This document shows positions 17,616 through 24,880 of a DNA stretch of 27,558 nucleotides, one piece after another. The stretch is taken from the IMG/VR virus record IMGVR_UViG_3300028490_000394, one strand, 5' to 3'. The position numbers and the translations under genes are program-made. Below the pieces are notes generated by a model. It was not told the DNA's origin. It made no database searches and saw only the letters and a list, made by a program, of their open reading frames with translations. Source of the stretch: an uncultured virus (IMG/VR IMGVR_UViG_3300028490_000394) (Duplodnaviria; Heunggongvirae; Uroviricota; Caudoviricetes). Each line of letters begins with the position of its first letter. The first letter of the stretch is position 1.

Positions 17616-17770
17616 GTACAACTAACCTAGATTTTGCTGGTCTAGGTTTATACAAGATACGAATGCAATTAAGTACACCCTAATAATATCTTGTACCTCA
17701 TATATAGGCTTAATCCTACTATCACGAAGTTGTAACAATAAACTATCCAATGATAACTTATTGTTAAAGC
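17616..17770 (-). ncRNA. Structured repeat RNA, unit 4
   Basis: Hairpin 17733-17766; TACAACT/AGTTGTA; loops ATTAAG and CTTAAT. Confidence 0.75.
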
Positions 17771-17776
17771 TTAGTG

Positions 17777-17845
17777 TGCCAAGTGAGAGATTCGAACTCC
17801 CGACGCGACCTTAAAGGTCCGCTCTACCAACTGAGCTAACTTGAC
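17777..17845 (-). ncRNA. tRNA-like RNA 4, 3-nt anticodon loop
   Basis: GTCAAGT/ACTTGGC-A; GCTC-AGTTGGTA-GAGC; GACCT-TTA-AGGTC; GGGAG-TTCGAAT-CTCTC. Confidence 0.85.
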
Positions 17846-17849
17846 TTCG

Positions 17850-17946
17850 TAAGTGCATATAGGGTTTTGCTAGGTTACTGCAGTACCGCATACCTATGTT
17901 TTACCATATTCTTTCATGGTCTGTCTTCGCTAGACGAATACACTTA
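17850..17946 (-). ncRNA. Multi-branched structured RNA candidate
   Basis: Closing stem TAAGTGTA/TGCACTTA enclosing GTCT/AGAC, ACCATG/TATGGT and ATAGG/CCTAT stems; begins just after a TATAAT. Confidence 0.6.
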
Positions 17947-17950
17947 ACAT

Positions 17951-17977
17951 ATTATATCTAAAGTTTCCTTTAGGTTT
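17951..17977 (-). promoter_or_regulatory. Sigma70-type promoter of the ncRNA array
   Basis: AAAGGAAACTTTAGATATAAT; near-duplicate AAAGGCAACTTTAGATATACT at 18054-18074. Confidence 0.65.
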
Positions 17978-18047
17978 GCTGATTAAGGGACTCGAACCCT
18001 TGACATACCCTTTCAGATAAACTCTCTCCCGCCTGAGTTAAATCAAC
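17977..18047 (-). ncRNA. tRNA-like RNA 5, GAAA tetraloop in place of the anticodon loop
   Basis: GTTGATT/AATCAGC-A; ACTC/GAGT D stem; TATCT-GAAA-GGGTA; AAGGG-TTCGAGT-CCCTT. Confidence 0.8.
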
Positions 18048-18053
18048 TTATAT

Positions 18054-18077
18054 AGTATATCTAAAGTTGCCTTTGAT
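18054..18077 (-). promoter_or_regulatory. Promoter for tRNA-like RNA 5
   Basis: TATACT at 18059-18054; predicted +1 coincides with the RNA 5' end near 18047. Confidence 0.6.
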
Positions 18078-18087
18078 ATACCTTACC

Positions 18088-18233
18088 GTACTTAGGGTTG
18101 GATTTGAACCAACCTTTGCAATTTATTGCTTACCCATTTCATTGTATATAGCGATTATGTGGAATCGAACCACGTCAGCCCGTGTCTTTCACGACCTTTT
18201 TGCCTGTTCCCGCTGTATATACAACCTAAATAC
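18088..18233 (-). ncRNA. Nested double-T-loop tRNA-like RNA
   Basis: Outer GTATTTAG/CTAAGTAC stem plus GGTTGG-TTCAAAT-CCAACC; inner TTGTATATA/TATATACAA stem enclosing GTGG-TTCGATT-CCAC; TATAAT at 18245-18240. Confidence 0.75.
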
Positions 18234-18257
18234 AAGAATATTATAACATACTTACCC

Positions 18258-18854
18258 TTAAGTTCTGTTTACTAATAGTAACATACTCTTTTGAATAATA
18301 TCCTCTACCTCTAGTATATGCTGTCTATATCTCAAAGTAAACAGTTTCATATTATTTCTTAAGACGTTGTCTGGATCCATTAATACTTTTTGATATAACC
18401 CTACACTATCCTCCATTCTATATTCATGTGTACTCGTTAATATTCTTTTGAAGAATAATGGTTGTTGGATTTTACTTAAATTAAAAACCTCCTCCATGTA
18501 GCAGTAGTCAAAAACCTTAAACAGCTCATTTACTATAAACATGTTTTGTGTACCCTTTATTAACTCTTCTTTTGCCGTTCCTGCTTTCCATATCATATCA
18601 AACATTATATCTGCAAAATCATAATCAATATTTTCTGGGATAATCAACTTCTTAAAGTCTTTTTGTAATAAATTTTTATTACCTTTATCTGTTTGTACTT
18701 GACCAAATCTTGTTCTACTTACAAGTAACATATACTTTGCTGCTGTACTTAAAAATATAGCATTTGGACTAAATAGCTCTCTTTGATATCCCGTTAGATA
18801 TTTGAATATTTCTTGACGTAATGTAGAGCCTGTTTTATTTGTTGTTCTTAGCAT
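18258..18854 (-). CDS. Hypothetical helical protein immediately upstream of the ncRNA array
   Basis: 198 aa; AAGGA RBS and GGTATAAT promoter. Confidence 0.8.
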   Translation of the reverse strand: MLRTTNKTGSTLRQEIFKYLTGYQRELFSPNAIFLSTAAKYMLLVSRTRFGQVQTDKGNKNLLQKDFKKLIIPENIDYDFADIMFDMIWKAGTAKEELIKGTQNMFIVNELFKVFDYCYMEEVFNLSKIQQPLFFKRILTSTHEYRMEDSVGLYQKVLMDPDNVLRNNMKLFTLRYRQHILEVEDIIQKSMLLLVNRT

Positions 18855-18910
18855 TTAATGATCCTTTTACTTATTAATTATATTATACCTTACTTAAACA
18901 CAGACCTTGC

Positions 18911-18940
18911 TTAATCCAATCTGTCCGTGGCCCCAGAATT
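18911..18940 (+). repeat. Dispersed repeat, copy 2 (encodes the C-terminus and stop of 18911..19438)
   Basis: TTAATCCAATCTGTCCGTGGCCCCAGAATT. Confidence 0.9.
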
Positions 18941-19438
18941 TTCAAACTTTCCACACCTAGGTGTCTCATAAGAATTTTTGTTCCTATCTTTTACATACTT
19001 TTCATAATCTTCTTTTACTTTTTCTTTTGTTGATATCCAAAAGTAGTTAGTATATAAATCAGTATCCTTTGTTGATACCGTATATCCACCACCTAGGGCT
19101 AGATCTTTCATTTCTTTACCTTCTTTTGATACATATATGTCGTACGTCGGAATATAGTAACCTTCTGGTGAGTAATTATTTGGCTTATTTGACATTTTTA
19201 CTACTCCATTGCTTGGTATCTCTATTCTTAAGAAGTCTTTGTAAAAATTCCCTTCTTCTTTTTTTAACTCTGTTGCATTACTATCTTCATATGTAATACA
19301 TATCCAACCCCGGTAACCTTTTTCTATTACGTATAGGTTTCCTTCACTTGCTCTGAATGCATACCAAATTAATCCCATGTACATTAATAACAATGCTGCT
19401 ACTACTATTACTATTCTTTTTATTATTTTCAAAATCAT
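18911..19438 (-). CDS. DUF6843-like membrane-anchored protein
   Basis: N-terminal TM, then YVIEKGYRGWICITY...IEIPSNGVV; family call from recalled motif only. Confidence 0.6.
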   Translation of the reverse strand: MILKIIKRIVIVVAALLLMYMGLIWYAFRASEGNLYVIEKGYRGWICITYEDSNATELKKEEGNFYKDFLRIEIPSNGVVKMSNKPNNYSPEGYYIPTYDIYVSKEGKEMKDLALGGGYTVSTKDTDLYTNYFWISTKEKVKEDYEKYVKDRNKNSYETPRCGKFENSGATDRLD

Positions 19439-19465
19439 TCCTTTTTTTACTATTATATCATTTTT

Positions 19466-19490
19466 AATCTGTCTGTGGCCCCAGAATTAT
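19466..19490 (+). repeat. Dispersed repeat, copy 3
   Basis: AATCTGTCTGTGGCCCCAGAATTAT, identical to 10573..10597. Confidence 0.9.
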
Positions 19491-19547
19491 ATTCTCTAAG
19501 GAAAGCTTTATCTTATTTACTGTATACTAAATAAAAAAGGTTTTACT

Positions 19548-19856
19548 ATGTTTCAAACAAAAGAATCTATTGCCGAAGAACGAAAAATGCAAATTTTTCT
19601 CATTTTATCATTTTCTGCCGGTCTTATTGTTACTTCTCTTATGGGATATTTTATTTCATTTGGTTTTCAGCTTGTAGCTTTAGCCCTGTCTATTACTTTT
19701 CTTATTATGTCTATTATGTTTACTACTTATGAAGATTCACCTGCTATTCTTTTTGCACTGCTTCTTTTATTACTGATTGTCCTAGGTATAACTATTGGAA
19801 ATATTACTTATGCTTTTAACTCTTCTGGAATGTCTTTTGCTCCTTTACTTCGGTAG
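19548..19856 (+). CDS. Small three-TM membrane protein
   Basis: Hydrophobic; paralogous to 19862..20140 (LSITF...F...L...G...GN..Y). Confidence 0.75.
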   Translation: MFQTKESIAEERKMQIFLILSFSAGLIVTSLMGYFISFGFQLVALALSITFLIMSIMFTTYEDSPAILFALLLLLLIVLGITIGNITYAFNSSGMSFAPLLR

Positions 19857-19861
19857 TTGAT

Positions 19862-20140
19862 ATGAAATTAACTATACCTTCTGATCCTATTTATATCTTC
19901 TATTATGTTGTTCTAGAGTATTGGATCTTTGCTAGCTTTCCTTTCTTTATGACCATTCCTTCACAGTTTCTTGTGGTTGTAATTTCTTTGTCAATTACTT
20001 TCTATTTTATATATAGAATTGTTAAAGATCAGACTAATTTTAATATATTCTTTGCTTTTACATTTTTAATCGCTGCTATGGGTCTATTCTCTGGTAATCT
20101 ATTCTATTTTACACGTACCCTTATACTCGATAAAATATAG
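19862..20140 (+). CDS. Small three-TM membrane protein
   Basis: Paralogue of the preceding ORF. Confidence 0.7.
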   Translation: MKLTIPSDPIYIFYYVVLEYWIFASFPFFMTIPSQFLVVVISLSITFYFIYRIVKDQTNFNIFFAFTFLIAAMGLFSGNLFYFTRTLILDKI

Positions 20141-20204
20141 TATTTTTCAGCGGCTTATAAGTACTTTTGCGCTATAATATACTATATTAAGATAAGGAAC
20201 TGAC

Positions 20205-20462
20205 ATGTCAGATAACAATAAAACAAACCCCGTAAAAGAAATGCTCGAAGGTGCTTATTACTATGAAAACACGAGTGTTGGACGTACACGTAAAGATAAG
20301 ACTTGTGATATCTGTTCTTCTACTATTCCCACTGGTAGTTCACATAATGGTGCGACTATCTTTAATAGTGAATTTACAAATGTTATTTTTTGTGAAGCTT
20401 GTGAAATGAAATATTCTACTGAATTAGCTGAAATGGAGAATGGTGAGTATGACGATTTTTAA
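20205..20462 (+). CDS. Small CxxC...CxxC zinc-finger protein
   Basis: RTRKDKTCDIC...FCEAC. Confidence 0.8.
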   Translation: MSDNNKTNPVKEMLEGAYYYENTSVGRTRKDKTCDICSSTIPTGSSHNGATIFNSEFTNVIFCEACEMKYSTELAEMENGEYDDF

Positions 20463-20485
20463 TCACTTTTCGTGATATGGTGGCT

Positions 20486-20506
20486 ATAAGAGGAAAATCC
20501 TCTTAT
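20486..20506. terminator. Hairpin between convergent genes
   Basis: ATAAGAGGA-AAA-TCCTCTTAT. Confidence 0.55.
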
Positions 20507-21678
20507 TACCAATTGTCTTGGAATCTGATATCTTCATGACAATAGTCATAAAAATCGTCGCCTTCCGGTATTAACGCGTCTTGAACCTCTATATCTGTAG
20601 ACTTACTATCTATTCCACCGATATGATCAAATCCAAATACTAAATCACTTCCTACTACTTTTTCAATGTAGACGTCAGGATAGTACTGTGGATATTCAGA
20701 CAACATGTCTTCATAACTATCGCATTCACCATATTCATTAAGTTCACCATAATCATAACCATACCAATACCCTTTAGATATATAATAGTCTTCTAGTGAA
20801 TCCCATGAATTTGCAATTTTAGAAAGTTGTTTTCCTAAGATATTTCTATCTCTTTTATTCCAATCGTCTTTTTCACCATTAATTACTTTTCCGTTTGAAA
20901 AAATTATGCCTTTACGACTACTCAAATTTAATTGTCTTCCGTAAAAAATTACGTTTAGATCGTCTCTTGAGTTTACACTTCTCCATACGTGATCATAACC
21001 AGTTCTGATTTTTACTTTTTCTAAATCTGGACGTTTAAGTACTTCCATATCTAGAATGTTGTCTTTTCTGATTTCTGTAATAAGTAAGGTACTTCTACCT
21101 TGCCAATCTGTCACTTTATTTCTTCTTGATTGAAATTTTAAGTGAGTTGGTTTATTGCTTGGTAAAAAGATACCTTGATCTTCTAATGTGGCTGGTCCCA
21201 CTTTCTGTGCTTTCCAGCTCGTGAAAGAAGTTCTAATCTCCTTGATATAGTCAATTTTTACTTGAGCTATCTCATATTCATGTACTTTCGCTTCTGATAT
21301 CACTTCACTTAAAATCAAGTTTTCAATTTGAATAGAAGCCATTGGTTTTAGATCCATTAAAGATTTTCTAGATAATCTCATTGCTAAGAATTTACCCTTT
21401 TCTTTTGATTGATACTTCATTGCAGCCATATACTTACGATTAGTACGTTTTTCTGCATGTAATAGCATTGCTGCTTCAAGCATTTCTTCGTCTTCGATCA
21501 TACTTTCCATATAGTTGTCATGGTAAGCTTCTAAATCGTCAGATTCTTCTTGTGGTACTTCTCGTGCCGCTAAAATCTCTTCAAACTCGTCGTCTCTTCC
21601 AAACATACTCCAAACCGCTTTATTGTTCATGTGGTCCAAGAATAGTTGATCTTCGGTTGTAAATGTATCTGTAGTCAT
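20506..21678 (-). CDS. Hypothetical protein with acidic N- and C-termini
   Basis: 390 aa; AAGGAG RBS. Confidence 0.85.
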   Translation of the reverse strand: MTTDTFTTEDQLFLDHMNNKAVWSMFGRDDEFEEILAAREVPQEESDDLEAYHDNYMESMIEDEEMLEAAMLLHAEKRTNRKYMAAMKYQSKEKGKFLAMRLSRKSLMDLKPMASIQIENLILSEVISEAKVHEYEIAQVKIDYIKEIRTSFTSWKAQKVGPATLEDQGIFLPSNKPTHLKFQSRRNKVTDWQGRSTLLITEIRKDNILDMEVLKRPDLEKVKIRTGYDHVWRSVNSRDDLNVIFYGRQLNLSSRKGIIFSNGKVINGEKDDWNKRDRNILGKQLSKIANSWDSLEDYYISKGYWYGYDYGELNEYGECDSYEDMLSEYPQYYPDVYIEKVVGSDLVFGFDHIGGIDSKSTDIEVQDALIPEGDDFYDYCHEDIRFQDNW

Positions 21679-21752
21679 AATGACTCCTTTAATTAATTTG
21701 ATTGACTTGGTTTTAAATAAGTCGTAGACTTGTTATAGTACTCTATTCTCAC

Positions 21753-21948
21753 CTGAAACTGCTAAAACCTGTTAAATCCAGCATTTATCAGTTTTTTCTT
21801 TCTTTAACAGGAACTATTGTATCATTTTCATTATTCTCATTGCAAGAAATTTCAAAAAATTATTTATTTTTCTTTTCTCCTGTTAACTTTTGGGCTTTTA
21901 TCGTGTTTACGCGCCTTCTTTTCACAAAACAGGATCTAGCAGTTTCAG
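21753..21948. repeat. Element bounded by 21-bp inverted repeats (MITE-like or operator array)
   Basis: CTGAAACTGCTAAAACCTGTT vs reverse complement CTGAAACTGCTAGATCCTGTT (19/21). Confidence 0.65.
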
Positions 21949-21992
21949 CTCTACATTCGTTTTTTTTGATATAATAAATAAAAAGGAAACTT

Positions 21993-22244
21993 ATGCCTTA
22001 CTTTCTTGAAGCTACTATTCCTCATACTAATGGATATACTGATCTCTCTAAATTTCCGAAAACTTTCAAAGAACCTGACTCTTGGATTTCTAGAACTTAT
22101 GATAAAAAGGATCGGCTTATCAAATATGAAAATTCTTGGGGCGCCTGGATCGATTATTTCTATCATGGGGCTTGTCTTGTTAAGGAAATTCACTCTTGTG
22201 GTTATGTTAAAATTCACAGTAAGTCTATAACTAATCTCTTCTAA
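21993..22244 (+). CDS. Hypothetical protein
   Basis: 83 aa; AAGGA RBS and TGATATAAT promoter. Confidence 0.75.
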   Translation: MPYFLEATIPHTNGYTDLSKFPKTFKEPDSWISRTYDKKDRLIKYENSWGAWIDYFYHGACLVKEIHSCGYVKIHSKSITNLF

Positions 22245-22288
22245 AGCTTTCTTATGTTATTATATACTTAACATATAAAAGGCTTTAC

Positions 22289-23308
22289 ATGCAATACTCT
22301 CTTTCTAAATTCAATTTCGAACAAAATCATATATCTGATATCAAACTTGGCTCTATGAATTTTGATTTTATCTGTATTAATAAACATACTGGTAAACTTA
22401 TGATTTTTGAATACCTTAAGAGAGGCGAGAATCAGCCTGATTACATTACTCCTCTCACTAGCCATATCAACCTATACATTAGACAAAACAAAGGTAAATT
22501 TGAGTCATACAAGCAAGCGCAAGAGATACTTGGGGCTGACGTGTACTATATTAATTATGCTTTTGAAAACACTCCTATCAAAAATAAGGATAATGTTACT
22601 ATTGACGCCGGTGAACTTGTTAAGGTTATGAAACAAAAAAGTATTGTTTGGGGCCGTAACTCTACTAAGAAAGACTTCTATACTAAAGAGGTTAAAACTG
22701 TCCCTGGTGATATGGACTTCTCTGTTATTGGACGTTTCTCTACTTTTGAACAGTTTGGTGATTGGTTCTATAACTTCCTTTCTAAAAATGCTATGTCTAT
22801 TGACGCTTACGTGGATCCTATCGAAAACGACCCACATATGATATCTCATGAAGAAGCTATCGCTTTCTTGAAAGATAAAAATAAAGAATACCAGGCTCAA
22901 CAAGATAAGTCTCGTGCTGGTATCTCTCATAGACGCCGTCTTATTATGCCAGACCTTGGCGGTGATATCCTTGAAAATAGATTGAAATTTGAACTTAATG
23001 AATTTAGACTTCAGGTCGATAAAAACTTTTATCTTCCTACTCTTAATAAATATATCTTTTTAAATTATATTGAAGTTGACGGAGACCCTCATGCTATAAA
23101 CGACCCTTATCCTATTGTTGAGCCTATTTATAAAAAAATGGGCCCTTTATTACCTCACTTTGCTGTCTTTGTTCTTTATAATTCAGCTAGTGATAACCTT
23201 ACTTATGTTAAAATCTTTAATAATAAGATTACAACTACTAAAATGTCTATTGAAGACTTTCGTACAGTTATGTTTTCTGTTTCTAAATTACAATATGGAG
23301 GTAAATAA
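22289..23308 (+). CDS. Hypothetical protein, possible restriction-like fold
   Basis: 339 aa; NFDFI...GKLMIFEYLK echoed by QVDKN...NKYIFLNYIE. Confidence 0.7.
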   Translation: MQYSLSKFNFEQNHISDIKLGSMNFDFICINKHTGKLMIFEYLKRGENQPDYITPLTSHINLYIRQNKGKFESYKQAQEILGADVYYINYAFENTPIKNKDNVTIDAGELVKVMKQKSIVWGRNSTKKDFYTKEVKTVPGDMDFSVIGRFSTFEQFGDWFYNFLSKNAMSIDAYVDPIENDPHMISHEEAIAFLKDKNKEYQAQQDKSRAGISHRRRLIMPDLGGDILENRLKFELNEFRLQVDKNFYLPTLNKYIFLNYIEVDGDPHAINDPYPIVEPIYKKMGPLLPHFAVFVLYNSASDNLTYVKIFNNKITTTKMSIEDFRTVMFSVSKLQYGGK

Positions 23309-23646
23309 TGTCTTACTTTTTAGTATCTTTACATGGTGAAGATATAACCAAAATTGATAGAGAACCCGAGGAATGGGAAGTTCAATACATGGTGATCTTC
23401 TCTAGTGAACTTGACGCATATAAGCATGCACACAAAGAACAGGCCGAACACTTGGTTGAACAAGAACGATTGTCTGAATCTGTAATTACTCAGTGGAGAC
23501 ATAAAGCTTTTGAACTTCTTTTTCAATTTGATAAGGAGAAGCTTAAGAGATACCCTGATTATTATGGTAATGAAATTTTTAAAATCACTAAGGGTGAAAT
23601 TGCTTTAACTGCTCAGTCTAAAGAAGTCGTTTTATCTGAGACCTAA
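23308..23646 (+). CDS. Hypothetical protein
   Basis: TAATG overlap, GGAGG RBS. Confidence 0.8.
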   Translation: MSYFLVSLHGEDITKIDREPEEWEVQYMVIFSSELDAYKHAHKEQAEHLVEQERLSESVITQWRHKAFELLFQFDKEKLKRYPDYYGNEIFKITKGEIALTAQSKEVVLSET

Positions 23647-23662
23647 CCCCTTGTTCGGGGTT
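23645..23662. terminator. Hairpin terminator, duplicated at 24263..24278
   Basis: AACCCC-TTGTTC-GGGGTT between convergent genes. Confidence 0.6.
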
Positions 23663-23669
23663 TGGTGAA

Positions 23670-24170
23670 TTAGAACACTTTATTAAAAGCATTTAATTCA
23701 AAGTTGTTTTTCAACTCCACATTCTTAATTTCTCCATAGATATTCAACTCCAGCCATACTGTTTCTTTTGTACGACCTAGAACTTTATATCTCGAAATCA
23801 TTGGGATCTTAATATCTTCTTTTACTGAGGTAAGTAAACTTACTCCTGAATTGTCTTTGAATTGATTTTTAAAAACAAAGAATAAAGAATCTATATCTTT
23901 TACGTCGTTAATGAAATCTTTGAATAGTCTCATATAACTTTTTTCTGTATTCAGTTCTTTAAGTGCAACTTCTAACATTTCTTTCTCTTCTGTAGTAATT
24001 GTCTGGTCTTCTAAAAACACTTCAAATTTACTTTTCCATTTTTTTGAAAAGTATCCTATTGTATAGTTATCAGTCTCTCCTAAACTTACTACAATTCCTA
24101 TCCCTGGTGCTACTAATAGTAAAACCATATCACCGCCGTTTTCTTTATATAATCCTGGTATAAATGACAT
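23670..24170 (-). CDS. F.PG.Y family paralogue 1
   Basis: Start ATG 24170; ISRYKVLG..KETVWLELNIYGE. Confidence 0.8.
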   Translation of the reverse strand: MSFIPGLYKENGGDMVLLLVAPGIGIVVSLGETDNYTIGYFSKKWKSKFEVFLEDQTITTEEKEMLEVALKELNTEKSYMRLFKDFINDVKDIDSLFFVFKNQFKDNSGVSLLTSVKEDIKIPMISRYKVLGRTKETVWLELNIYGEIKNVELKNNFELNAFNKVF

Positions 24171-24286
24171 ATTTTCTCCATTCAAAATTTCTAGTATTAA
24201 AAATAAATACTGATATCATGTTATAGACATTCTTTTACCCTTTTAGACTCTTTCTAGACCTGACCCCTTACTTGGGGTTTGGTAGA

Positions 24287-24769
24287 TTAAAACACTTCTT
24301 TAAATGCCTTTAGCGCATATAAAGTGTCTAATTCTAATTCTCTTTTTTCTCCATATATATTTACTTCGATCCAAGTCGTTTCTTTATATGAACCTAATAT
24401 CTCATATCTTGATATTGAAGATACCTTTATGGCTTCTTTATCTGAAACTAGAACTTTTTCTTTTCTATGATTTGTTCTTAACTCAAATATTTCTGTTTTT
24501 CCAGATAGATAGAAAAGTAATTTAAACTTTTCTTTATCTGTCATAATTTTATCTTCTTTTACTATATTTTGAAGTTTTTGTGTTAACTCAGCCTCTAGAT
24601 ATTTGTTATCTAGCCTTGTGTTAAAGTCTCTATGCCATGTACTTGAATATCTCCCTAATACTGGCTCTGTTTCGGTTGTATTCACTGTTATTCCAGTCTT
24701 TTCTTTGACTAAAAATAACATTGATTGGCTTCCTTCTCTGGTGTATAGTCCAGGTTTGAAATCTGTCAT
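24287..24769 (-). CDS. F.PG.Y family paralogue 2
   Basis: Start ATG 24769; ISRYEILG..KETTWIEVNIYGE. Confidence 0.8.
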   Translation of the reverse strand: MTDFKPGLYTREGSQSMLFLVKEKTGITVNTTETEPVLGRYSSTWHRDFNTRLDNKYLEAELTQKLQNIVKEDKIMTDKEKFKLLFYLSGKTEIFELRTNHRKEKVLVSDKEAIKVSSISRYEILGSYKETTWIEVNIYGEKRELELDTLYALKAFKEVF

Positions 24770-24880
24770 ATTGTTGTCCTTGTATAATAGTCTAGTATTC
24801 TTTTGAAATACTGATTCTATGTTATAAGACAAGTTGGACCATTCTGTTTGGTCCGGGCTGCTACAAGTGTAGCTGCAGCA

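Noticed and set aside
17130..17770. CRISPR array
   Set aside because: Only four repeats, with ~115-230 nt intervals that are themselves structured and homologous in fold; no cas genes in the window.
17405..17770. Integron attC sites (TAAC...GTTA hairpins)
   Set aside because: Only 34 nt long, do not fit RYYYAAC/GTTRRRY, no extrahelical bases, no ORF cassettes, and unit 1 has TAGC/GCTA.
17777..17845. Ochre suppressor tRNA (TTA) or genome recoding
   Set aside because: The loop is only 3 nt, and ORFs terminate normally at TAA, TAG and TGA.
17023..17946. Hammerhead or theta/HDV-like ribozymes, or retron msr-msd
   Set aside because: No CUGAnGA/GAAA core or HDV-like nested pseudoknot recognised by eye, and no reverse transcriptase in the window; not excluded without cmscan.
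17977..18047. tRNA-Phe(GAA), and likewise Ser(TGA) or His(GTG) for 16940..17016
   Set aside because: The triplets lie in 3-4 nt loops without the canonical 7-nt loop and U33 geometry.
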